Below are positions 55,810-64,000 of a stretch of DNA of 64,000 bases, one piece after another (within the stretch, counting starts at the first letter, position 1; each line of letters starts with the position of its first letter). A program made the translations under genes and the position numbers. The stretch spans positions 140,766 through 204,765 of the forward strand of contig JAQURC010000001.1 of the NCBI GenBank assembly GCA_028715785.1. Direction: 5' to 3'. The notes under the pieces are model-generated. The model saw only the letters and a list, made by a program, of their open reading frames with translations, did no database searches and was not told where the DNA came from. The DNA comes from Candidatus Omnitrophota bacterium (GTDB taxonomy: Bacteria > Omnitrophota > Gorgyraeia > Gygaellales > Profunditerraquicolaceae).

Positions 55810-56701
55810 TAATCGAAGCGTAGTTTTGGTCTATTCTCTTTTGGTAACCATGGTTTTGTCTGTTTTGCTTGGCTCGTTATATCTTAGCAGTATAAACGAA
55901 AATCAGCTTGCTACTAGATACGCGGATTCTACGCGGGCACTTTGGTTGGCAGAAGCAGGAATCGCGGAGGCAAAAAGTAATGCCGGTGTTAGTAGCATAC
56001 CTGAGAAGCCCCTTGATGATAGTCGGTACACTTACCGCGTTGACATAGCTCAAATAGGAGCAACAAACTATTATAATGTAACTTCTACCGGCACTGTGAC
56101 CTCACCAAGCGGTAGGATTACAAGGCGTGCAGTGAATGCCACGATGAAGTTGACCCCTCCCAGCGCCGCGCAGTTCCAATATGGCGTTGAAACGACAAGC
56201 GGTACTCTGGATTATAAACCTAAGTGTATTGAGAATACGGAAAATCCTGCTAATATTGCTAAAACAGGTTCGACCCAGACTTTCGATAATCTTTTTGGTA
56301 TTAGTAAAGCTGAAATGAAAGCGATATCCCAGGCGCAAGGGACTTATCTGAGCGGTAACTTTGGCAATACGATAAATGGAAGCGGAGTAACCTGGGTGGA
56401 TGTGACTCTAGGTCAGGTACTGGATATACAGCATTTAAATGGCAGCGGAATTGTTATTATAAACGGGAATTTCAAAGTTGATGGTGTGCCGGGAGACGGT
56501 TTTAACGGTATACTTTACATTATCGGGCAGTTGGAAACGCTGGGTAATAGTTCTGTTAATGGGACTGTTTTTGTAGAGAGCAGCGCGGCAATAGGCGCGG
56601 ATTTTTCCGGGAGTTCTTTAATAAAGTATAACTCTACTAACATAGCCAGCGTTTTGCTTGCCGTAGCTACTAAATCAACGGTTTCCTGGCGGGAGCAATA
56701 A
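55802..56701 (+). CDS. PilX/GspK-like minor pilin-type protein
   Basis: N-terminal hydrophobic helix followed by the ...ATRYADSTRALWLAEAGIAEA pattern seen in PilX-like proteins. Confidence 0.4.
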   Translation: MVNNRSVVLVYSLLVTMVLSVLLGSLYLSSINENQLATRYADSTRALWLAEAGIAEAKSNAGVSSIPEKPLDDSRYTYRVDIAQIGATNYYNVTSTGTVTSPSGRITRRAVNATMKLTPPSAAQFQYGVETTSGTLDYKPKCIENTENPANIAKTGSTQTFDNLFGISKAEMKAISQAQGTYLSGNFGNTINGSGVTWVDVTLGQVLDIQHLNGSGIVIINGNFKVDGVPGDGFNGILYIIGQLETLGNSSVNGTVFVESSAAIGADFSGSSLIKYNSTNIASVLLAVATKSTVSWREQ

Positions 56702-56710
56702 GCTGCAGCG

Positions 56711-57226
56711 ATGAAAAAGGTAAAACAAAAATCTAAAAATAATCAAGCAGGCGGCGCAAAGGGCCCGGATTATTTACAAATAATAGAACGCCGCCATTTT
56801 ATCCGCCATCCGTTGTCCCTGCCCCTTACTTACAAGATTATTAATTCGGGATTAGGCAGGAGCCGGGAGGATGTGCGGGCTCAAACAAGCAATGTAAGCA
56901 TGGGAGGATTGCTGTTTCCGGGAAAACATTCTGTCCAGCCCAATTCTATGGTTGCGATAAAAATGCCTTTTGAGGATAAGATGTTTAATATCAAGGCAAA
57001 AGTTGTCCGCTGCGTTAATAATCCGGAGACAAAGCTTTATGATATCGCGGTAAGTTTTTTCAGGTTTCACGAAGCTTTTAAGGCAAAAATGATCGAGCAG
57101 ATCTATCTTATTTCAGAATACCGGGACCTGCTTATTTTACAATCGGGCAAAGAGGTTTCTCTTGCCGAAGCGTCGCGTAAGTGGATAAAACGATATTCGG
57201 AACGGTTTAAAAGGCTCTACTGGTAG
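56711..57226 (+). CDS. PilZ-domain c-di-GMP-binding protein
   Basis: RRHFIRHP (RxxxR) and NVSMGGL (D/NxSxGG). Confidence 0.65.
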   Translation: MKKVKQKSKNNQAGGAKGPDYLQIIERRHFIRHPLSLPLTYKIINSGLGRSREDVRAQTSNVSMGGLLFPGKHSVQPNSMVAIKMPFEDKMFNIKAKVVRCVNNPETKLYDIAVSFFRFHEAFKAKMIEQIYLISEYRDLLILQSGKEVSLAEASRKWIKRYSERFKRLYW

Positions 57227-57241
57227 GACCATAAGGAACTG

Positions 57242-57751
57242 ATGAATATATTCGTAGGGAATTTATCTTTTGAGGCCAAAGAAGCGGATGTGCATAAAGC
57301 TTTCGCGGTTTTCGGCGCGGTTTCTTCCGTGGCAATCGTAATGGAGAAGAAAGGCAAGAAGTCGCGGGGGTTCGGGTTTGTTGAAATGGTTAATGAACAG
57401 GAGGCGCTTGCCGCGATTGCGGCTTTGGCCGGCAAGGAAATATTGGGCAGGCCGGTTAATGTCATGCCTTCTGTCGCCAAGCCCAAGAAACCAAAAAATA
57501 AGTTTTCAGCTAAAAAGGACACGCGTCCTCCGGTTTTTAAGCGGACAGGAAAGTATAAAGAAGGCAGGCGCACAATTAGTTATATGAAGCAGCGCTTAGA
57601 CGCCGGGATTACCACTCCGGTTGCCCAGCGTAAATACAAGCCTAATCCTCTGCGTTGGCGTAAGGCAGCTAAGCCTTGGCGAAAGAGCAGCGATGCTCGT
57701 ACGCAGCCGAATTTCAAAAAACGCAGCAGCCCAGCCAGCCATAAAAAATGA
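57242..57751 (+). CDS. RRM-type RNA-binding protein with basic C-terminal tail
   Basis: RNP-2 IFVGNL and RNP-1 RGFGFVEM. Confidence 0.8.
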   Translation: MNIFVGNLSFEAKEADVHKAFAVFGAVSSVAIVMEKKGKKSRGFGFVEMVNEQEALAAIAALAGKEILGRPVNVMPSVAKPKKPKNKFSAKKDTRPPVFKRTGKYKEGRRTISYMKQRLDAGITTPVAQRKYKPNPLRWRKAAKPWRKSSDARTQPNFKKRSSPASHKK

Positions 57752-57993
57752 AATTAAAGCTTAATCTTTTTCCGCCGGTTGCGGATATGGAAGATAAGAT
57801 GGCCAAGATTTTGCAAGAGGCGGTGGATGGCCGGGCCAGCATAGTCGAGATTGCCTACGGCAGCGCTTCGGATGACGTGAAAAAACGCATCCTTAATTTT
57901 TTAAATAAAAAAGAGGTCCGCCGGCTTTATTCAAGATTAGAGAAAACCGATAAAGGCTGGGGGAGGGTTTATTTGCATTTCAGGTGGAAGTAA
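57748..57993 (+). CDS. Small Smr-domain-like protein
   Basis: VEIAYGSASDDVKKRILNFL....KGWGRVYLHF resembles the Smr core. Weak call. Confidence 0.4.
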   Translation: MKLKLNLFPPVADMEDKMAKILQEAVDGRASIVEIAYGSASDDVKKRILNFLNKKEVRRLYSRLEKTDKGWGRVYLHFRWK

Positions 57994-57999
57994 AAAAAT

Positions 58000-60009
58000 A
58001 TGGAAAAAAATAAGCTTCTTGAAGAATTCCATTCATTAGTCCAGGTCGATGACCATGACGGCCATTACGCTGAAGATATAAAGGACGGCGACTATTTTGG
58101 CATGCCCTTAAAGAGCATTGTCGAGGCGGAAAAACGCCTGCGCTCTTCCGGCCACCGCGGCATTGCCTATTTTTCCATGGAGTATGGCCTGGCCACCAGC
58201 TGTTATAATAAATTATCCAGCCAGTTTCCTTTAAATCCCGTTAATAAACTGCCGGAAAACGCGGTTTTTTCCAATTTTCGCGTGGCAGATTATTTTTTTG
58301 CTTTGCACCAGGATAATATCATTGATTTGCCTATTTACAGCGGCGGCCTGGGTATTTTAGCCGGGGACACCGTCAAGACCATGGCTGACTATAAGCTTCC
58401 GGTAGCCGCCATCGGGATACTTTGGAGCTCCGGTTATTTCCGGCAAAAGTTTTGGTTTAAATACGGCCAGGCCCCCGAGAAAATGCGCTGGGACCCGTAT
58501 ACTTATCCGGGCCTGGTCCCTTTAAAGAATAAAATAAAAATTTCTCTTAAATCCGAAGATGTTTACCTTAAGCTTTGGAAATATTATGCCTATAACCATA
58601 AGCACGATTACGTTGTGCCGCTGGTCTTATTGGATTCCAATATTGAACGCAACAGCCAGCCCGCCAAAGAGTTGACCGACCAGCTTTACCGCAGCGATAA
58701 TGTATTTTTGAAGTTATTGCAGAGGGTGGTGCTGGGGTTTGGCGGGGTAAGCGCGTTGAATGAATTAGGGTATCATATCGATACCTATCATCTTAACGAA
58801 GGCCATGCCGTATTTGCCTTTGTGGCCAAAGCGCGGGGCTTAAGCAGCGATGAAGTGGACAAGCTTAAAAACAATTTTGTTTATACCTGCCATACCCCCG
58901 TTGAAGCCGGCCACGATAAGTTTTCTTTCGACGACCTGGGTAAGGTGCTTAAGAAAGAAGACACGGAGATTATCGAAAAATTCGGCAAGGAGCATTCGGG
59001 ATTAGCCAACCTTACGCTGCTTTCGATGAATATTTCTTCGGCGATTAACGCGGTTTCCCATAATCATCAAAAGGTAATGCATATCCAGTTTCCCCAATAT
59101 AAAAACCGCATACAGTATATTACTAACGGCGTGCATCACTGCACCTGGATGTCGCAAAAGTTCCAGGAACTTTTTGAAAAGTTCCCCGCGACATTCCCTG
59201 ATTTTAAGAATAATCCGATGATCTTGTCGCAGGCGCCGGAGCTTAAAAACAATCCTGATTTTCGCGCCCAGCTTTGGGAAGCGCACCAGTCGAATAAAGG
59301 CGATTTCTGTAAATTCCTGGAGAAATGGTCGCTGAAGAAGGATCTATTTACGATCTGCTGGGCAAGGAGGATCGCCGCGTATAAGAGGCCCAGCCTTATC
59401 CTGCACGATATCAACAGGCTGGTGCGTATCGCCGAGGAGACCGGGCCTCTGCAGATTATTCTGGCCGGCAAGGCCCACCCCAACGATAACCTGGGTTTTA
59501 CTTATATTAATGAAGTGCTGGATAAAGTGGATAAGCTGAATGTAGATTATGAAAAATTAAAAATAATCGTGCTGGAAAATTATGATATTTCCCTTGCGCG
59601 GATGCTCACTTCCAGCGTCGATGTCTGGTTAAACAATCCCCTGCCGCCTTTTGAGGCTTCCGGGACCAGCGGGATGAAGGCGATTTTAAATGCCGTCCTG
59701 CAGATGAGCACGGTTGACGGCTGGGTGGCTGAAGCAACGGACAGAAAAATGGGCGCGTTCTTCGGGTATAAGAATAGCGAAGGCAGCGTTGGTGATGAAT
59801 TTGACCTGCACATGGATGATGATTCCGAAGAATTGTATCAAGCCTTAGAGAGGATGGCCGGCCTTTATTATAAGACCAACCGCAAAGGCAAAGTTGATAT
59901 TTCTTCCAGATGGATAGACATGATGATTGAATGTGTCTGCACCGCCGCGCAGTTTAATACCTATCGCATGCTCGATCAATATAAACACCTTGTTTGGAAA
60001 ATTGCTTAA
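58000..60009 (+). CDS. glgP: Alpha-glucan (glycogen) phosphorylase, GT35
   Basis: PLP-lysine motif EASGTSGMKA. 669 aa. N-terminal YFSMEYGL. Confidence 0.85.
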   Translation: MEKNKLLEEFHSLVQVDDHDGHYAEDIKDGDYFGMPLKSIVEAEKRLRSSGHRGIAYFSMEYGLATSCYNKLSSQFPLNPVNKLPENAVFSNFRVADYFFALHQDNIIDLPIYSGGLGILAGDTVKTMADYKLPVAAIGILWSSGYFRQKFWFKYGQAPEKMRWDPYTYPGLVPLKNKIKISLKSEDVYLKLWKYYAYNHKHDYVVPLVLLDSNIERNSQPAKELTDQLYRSDNVFLKLLQRVVLGFGGVSALNELGYHIDTYHLNEGHAVFAFVAKARGLSSDEVDKLKNNFVYTCHTPVEAGHDKFSFDDLGKVLKKEDTEIIEKFGKEHSGLANLTLLSMNISSAINAVSHNHQKVMHIQFPQYKNRIQYITNGVHHCTWMSQKFQELFEKFPATFPDFKNNPMILSQAPELKNNPDFRAQLWEAHQSNKGDFCKFLEKWSLKKDLFTICWARRIAAYKRPSLILHDINRLVRIAEETGPLQIILAGKAHPNDNLGFTYINEVLDKVDKLNVDYEKLKIIVLENYDISLARMLTSSVDVWLNNPLPPFEASGTSGMKAILNAVLQMSTVDGWVAEATDRKMGAFFGYKNSEGSVGDEFDLHMDDDSEELYQALERMAGLYYKTNRKGKVDISSRWIDMMIECVCTAAQFNTYRMLDQYKHLVWKIA

Positions 60010-60057
60010 AATCCGTATAGATTTATTCCCGGAATATGATAAAATAACTGACAATTT

Positions 60058-60131
60058 GCGCCCATAGCTCAACTGGATAGAGCACCAGCCTACGGAGCTG
60101 GTTGTTGCTGGTTCGACCCCAGCTGGGCGCA
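60058..60131 (+). tRNA. tRNA-Arg(ACG)
   Basis: Acceptor GCGCCCA/TGGGCGC, anticodon loop CTACGGA. Near-identical backbone to tRNA-Arg(TCG) at 13928. Confidence 0.75.
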
Positions 60132-60162
60132 TTAAATCGTGATCAAAAAACACATCATATAT

Positions 60163-60645
60163 ATGCAGGAGGCTTTAAAAGAAGCAGAGAAGGCTTCCGG
60201 CGAAGATGAAGTTCCCGTCGGAGCGGTAATTGTCCATCAGGACAAAATTATCGCCCGCGGCCACAACCAGATTGAGCGCCTGAAAGACCCCACAGCGCAT
60301 GCCGAAATAATCGCCATAACGGGCGCCGCCAGTTATCTGGGGACAAAGTGGTTGAACCAGGCCAGCCTCTATGTTACAATTGAGCCGTGCAGTATGTGCG
60401 CGGGGGCATTGGTTCTGGCGCGGATAAAAAACCTGTATTTTGGCTCAAGCGACCCCAAAACCGGCGCCTGCGGCTCGGTAGTTAATATCGCAAACCATAA
60501 AAAATTAAATCACCGGATTAAAGTAACTAAAGGAATCCTTGCGGCAGAGTGCAGTTCTTTGTTGAAAGATTTTTTTAAGCAAAAACGAAAAAAATCTAAA
60601 GGCCCTGGAGAGGTGGCTGAGTGGTCGAAAGCAACTCACTGCTAA
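60163..60645 (+). CDS. tadA: tRNA-specific adenosine deaminase TadA
   Basis: HAEIIAI (HAE) and EPCSMCAGAL (PCxxC) zinc motifs. The 3' end overlaps tRNA-Ser(GCT) by about 39 nt. Confidence 0.8.
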   Translation: MQEALKEAEKASGEDEVPVGAVIVHQDKIIARGHNQIERLKDPTAHAEIIAITGAASYLGTKWLNQASLYVTIEPCSMCAGALVLARIKNLYFGSSDPKTGACGSVVNIANHKKLNHRIKVTKGILAAECSSLLKDFFKQKRKKSKGPGEVAEWSKATHC

Positions 60646-60695
60646 TGAGTTGACCTGGGCAACTGGGTCCCTGGGTTCGAATCCCAGCCTCTCCG
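60607..60695 (+). tRNA. tRNA-Ser(GCT)
   Basis: Acceptor GGAGAGG/CCTCTCC, anticodon loop CTGCTAA, long variable arm, T-arm CTGGGTTCGAATCCCAG. Confidence 0.75.
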
Positions 60696-60852
60696 AAATT
60701 GATATCATTTTGAACCATCAGGGTCATTTTCGCGGTCCTTTCGGTTCGATTGTAAATGCGTCCGCCAATTGAAAAATGTCTTTCTTGCTTCGTCCCCAAG
60801 TTTACCCCAAGAGGTTGCTCGATTAAAAATGTTATGCAAAATTTCCGCAGGC

Positions 60853-63800
60853 AGTAAATAATATGAATAAAAGAATACTGACGGCCATAGCAGTGTTGGT
60901 TATTATAATTGCCTTTGCAGGCTGGCAATACAAGCCTAAGCCGATTTCGAAAGCGCCTGTATCTGCCGCTTTGGCCGAAAGAACCTGGCTTAACGATGGG
61001 GCAATATATGAAACACATCCTTACTATTACCCGAATCATTCTTTCAGGGAAATAACCGACGATATTCCACGCATTGCTGATTTAGGCGTCAAGACAATAT
61101 ATATACTGCCTGTCTGGGAACACCAGGATTCAAATCCTCCGCAGAATTATATCTACCTCATTACTAATTATTCGCGCTTGGATCCGTTGTACGGCACAGG
61201 GGCAGAGCTGAAAGAGCTTGTGAATACAGCCCATAATTATAACATGAAAGTGATATTTGATCTTGTCACCTGTTGCGCATCGTGGAAAAGCATACCTTTT
61301 GTGAATAATTGGACTCTCAAGATTTCTTTATCTGAACTTCGGGCAAAGGCAGCGCAGTTAGGATGGAAGCTGCAAAACAGCACAGACGGAAATGGAAACA
61401 AATATACGTACTATAATTGCCGGGCAGGATATGGCGGGCAGAATAAATGCGATTTCTTAGGCAAGGTTGATGGTGATGTTGTGACAGCATATTATTATCC
61501 TATAGCCACATTCGGCCCTGCCATCGACAGGACAAATCCTGATGCAGTAAATTATTTCGTAAACGCTGCAGAATATTCCGTGAAAGAGTACGGCATTGAC
61601 GGCTGGAGGCTGGATGTGCCCAACAATCACTGGAATCCGGATATATTTTCCGACGAACATTCAAGCCTTCAGATGTTAAGAAATGCAAAAGCATTGATGC
61701 AGGCAAATAAACCAAATGTTGTTTTCTTTGCAGAGCTTCCGTACCTCGATCCCTCGGATTCTGCATTGGACGAAGTTGCAGAAGCATCTTACAGCCATGG
61801 CTTTAGCAAATATGTGTTCTATAAACTCATTCCGGGGCAGGGAAGTTCAAAAGAGCTTGTGGATCTATTGCAGCTAGAAAATGAAAAAGTAGAGTATGGC
61901 AGGACACGGTCGCGGATGGTGGAAGAGCATGGAAGTCAGAGGTTGGCCAACAGCGCCCCGAAGCTGAATAAGCCGCTGCTTGTGTTAATATCGACAATCC
62001 CGGGTATCCCGATGATACAGGCAGGACAGGAAATCGGAGCGACAGAAGAATGGTTCTACAATGGGAAAGCGCAGGCACAGGTAAACTGGTCCAAGGGAGA
62101 TTATGCATTGCGCGATTTTTACAAAAAAGTGTTTGCAATCCGCAATTCCAATAACGTTTTAAAATATGGCGACATAAAAAATGTCTGGAAATCCGGAGAC
62201 AATATCTATGCATATTCAAGGACATACGGAAACGAAACGGTAATCATAGCGATTAATTTCAACGGCAATCAGGCGGAAAGTATTTTGGAGGTTCCGTTTG
62301 AGAAAGGAACGCGGTTAACAGATGAACTGTCGGGCGAAACTTTCACGGTAGAGATACCGTCGAGTTTTAAAATAACCATACCGGCTTATAGTCCGAGAAT
62401 TTTAACAATAGAAGGTTTTGCAAAGTTCAACGCCTCGCCAAACAGCGGATTCTCCGGCGAAAAATTGAATCTTGGGCCCAAGGGAGAAGAAACTTTGGTA
62501 ATTGCAGGCATCCCGCAGATGAATCTTCCCAATAAAGGGGTCTCTAAGCCTTCGTGGAAAGAAATTGAAGCGGCGCTTCCGCAATATAAAGATATCGGAG
62601 TAAACACGATTTTCATCTGGACTCCTTATGAGGCGATATGGCCGGAAGAAGGGCGGACAATGCCGGTGAAAACGGAGAAAGGCATTGAGAACATTGGAAT
62701 AAAGAATTCCTTTATAGTCAAAGATTACCTGAAGACCGATCCTGAACGGGGAACTGAAGAAGAATTTCTACATATGGTGCAAACAGCGCATTCGCTTGGC
62801 ATTAAAGTAATTGCGCAATTGCAAATTACGGTTACCGCTCCCGGAACTTTTGTTTATGAAAATCATCCTGATTGGATGTTGAAAAGCATCTACGGAGAGC
62901 CGGCGATTTTTTGGCCTTGGGGTATAACGCAATATGGGTATGTTGTGAACAAGGCTGACCCCGGGCTCATTAATTATGTAACTGATACGATCCTTCCTCT
63001 TTGGATAAAGAAATGGGATGTAGACGGAGTGTATTTGGATTCGGGAGGAATGGCATACTGCGATTCTTATATAAAAAATCTATGCGATAAGTCAAGCTAC
63101 GCGGAAGGTTTTGAATGTCTGACGCCTGTTGATGGATATTTTAGTCCTGAGCCGCTCACCAAAGCCATGAGGGAGAAAATTGAAGAATTAGGTAAGGAGA
63201 CGGGGAAGAACCTGATATTCGCAGGCGAGATACCGTTTTTGACCGCGCGGGATATGCCTGATGACATTATCATTAAGACATGCAATGGTGACGTATCGGG
63301 GTGGTGGGTTGACCCTGGCGGCAACAGGACGCTTGGAAAGTATTTTGATTGGGTGCAGGGCTATAATTTCAGGGGACTGCTAAAACTGGTTTACGAAGGA
63401 AAACTTCCGCATTCGGATGATTATGTCAGCACTGTCAAGTTAGTGCAGAACGAACTCGAAGGAAAATATGCGAAAACCGCGAAATTCGTTAACATGTGGG
63501 TGGAGGCTCACAAATTCGCCGGCCTTCTTAACCCGGACGTCTCGAATCCTTATATAACCCTTGTCGCCACGGCTCCGGGCAATATTATCTGGATAGGAGA
63601 ATATCAGATAATTCTGAATGAAGAAATAGCCAAAAGGCTCGGATATAAGCCGGACATTTTAAAGGAACAATACAAGAAACTCATTGCAATCAAGAAAGCC
63701 TTTCCGGCTTTGCAGTCGGATAATATCGAAGACGCGCTGATAAGCCCGAAGATCCCGAAACTTATCGCCTACAACCGATGGGAGGGGGATGGATCGGTTA

Positions 63801-64000
63801 CCGTGATCGTAAACATAGACGGCAAACCCGTTGATGCGGTTGTAAAGACGCGCTTTAGCGGAAATGATGTTGCTATTTATGATTTGTTGAGCGGCGAAAC
63901 ATTTTCAGGTGATCCTCAGAATCTGAAAATCGGAATGGCATCTTATGGCTCAAGGATTTTAACAATCCGGCAGGCCCCGCCGAGATCTCCTCTTCAAATA
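60853..64000 (+). CDS. Large secreted/anchored glycoside hydrolase family 13 protein with two tandem alpha-amylase-type catalytic domains (3' end beyond window)
   Basis: Read directly from the sequence, not from the ORF track, because there is no stop inside the window. MNKRILTAIAVLVIIIAFA signal/anchor. GH13 region I (MKVIFDLV), region II (GIDGWRLDVPNNH). A second domain has IKVIAQLQ and DVDGVYLDSGG. Confidence 0.6.

Noticed and set aside
60596-63324. Series of minus-strand ORFs (60596..61039, 61457..61787, 61827..62225, 62386..62616, 63097..63324)
   Set aside because: All are antisense to a long open plus-strand frame with clear GH13 alpha-amylase motifs that runs to the window end. It is absent from the track only because it has no stop in the window.
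1-64000. CRISPR arrays, rRNA genes, IS elements with transposases
   Set aside because: No regularly spaced short direct repeats and no rRNA-like conserved blocks. No DDE/IS transposase motifs were seen in any frame. The only recombinase is the tyrosine integrase.

Overview
This 64-kb window comes from a low-to-moderate-GC diderm (Gram-negative-type) bacterium. A specific taxon cannot be assigned from the sequence alone.

The left third (1 to about 18 kb) is conserved housekeeping DNA on the + strand: glmU (3' end), prs, rplY/ctc, pth, rpsF–ssb–rpsR–rplI, dnaB, bamA–skp–lpxD–lpxC/fabZ fusion–lpxA–lpxI, a small CBM48-like protein, a radical SAM protein, tRNA-Arg and tRNA-Lys, archease–rtcB and serS.

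A cluster of three tRNA-Ser genes (18.0–19.4 kb) has a free-standing LAGLIDADG endonuclease gene between the first and second tRNA.

From about 19.4 to 43.2 kb the sequence is AT-richer accessory DNA. It is organised as three tandem elements, each ending in a direct repeat of the 3' end of tRNA-Ser(GGA) (repeats at about 33.97, 40.6 and 43.19 kb).
- **Element A (about 19.4–34.0 kb)** looks like an integrative plasmid-like element. It has a Rep-like gene with internal iterons, a 1.39-kb two-gene cassette flanked by 106-bp near-perfect inverted repeats, an AbiEi/AbiEii pair, and a five-gene putative defense cluster (ParB-like protein, SNF2 helicase, DUF3883-like PD-(D/E)XK protein, Dam-type MTase, Cas4/RecB-like nuclease with RNaseH-like domain). 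It ends with a DUF2130 protein and an XRE repressor / excisionase / tyrosine integrase module with consensus divergent promoters and operator repeats.
- **Element B (about 34.0–40.6 kb)** has no integrase. It carries an XRE-HTH + ImmA-type metallopeptidase pair (CapH/CapP-like) directly upstream of a translationally coupled four-gene operon: ubiquitin-like protein, E2-like, JAB/JAMM, E1/ThiF-like. This resembles bacterial ubiquitination-like (Bil/Bub-type) antiviral operons. An unknown 292-aa protein and a dGTPase-family HD hydrolase follow.
- **Element C (about 40.6–43.2 kb)** has a small-protein/nucleotidyltransferase pair, a strongly GC-rich, highly structured ~190-bp segment, and a lipoprotein.

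The right third returns to chromosomal genes: a patatin-like phospholipase, a response regulator / histidine kinase pair, a PilZ–methyltransferase-like fusion, FadL, an AmmeMemoRadiSam-type radical SAM enzyme, a fused MFS/spermidine-synthase-like membrane protein, three type IV pilin-like proteins plus PilZ, an RRM protein, glgP, tRNA-Arg(ACG)–tadA–tRNA-Ser(GCT), and a large tandem GH13 glycosidase that runs off the window end. No CRISPR array or rRNA was seen.

All functional calls rest on reading motifs in the supplied translations. No database searches were run.
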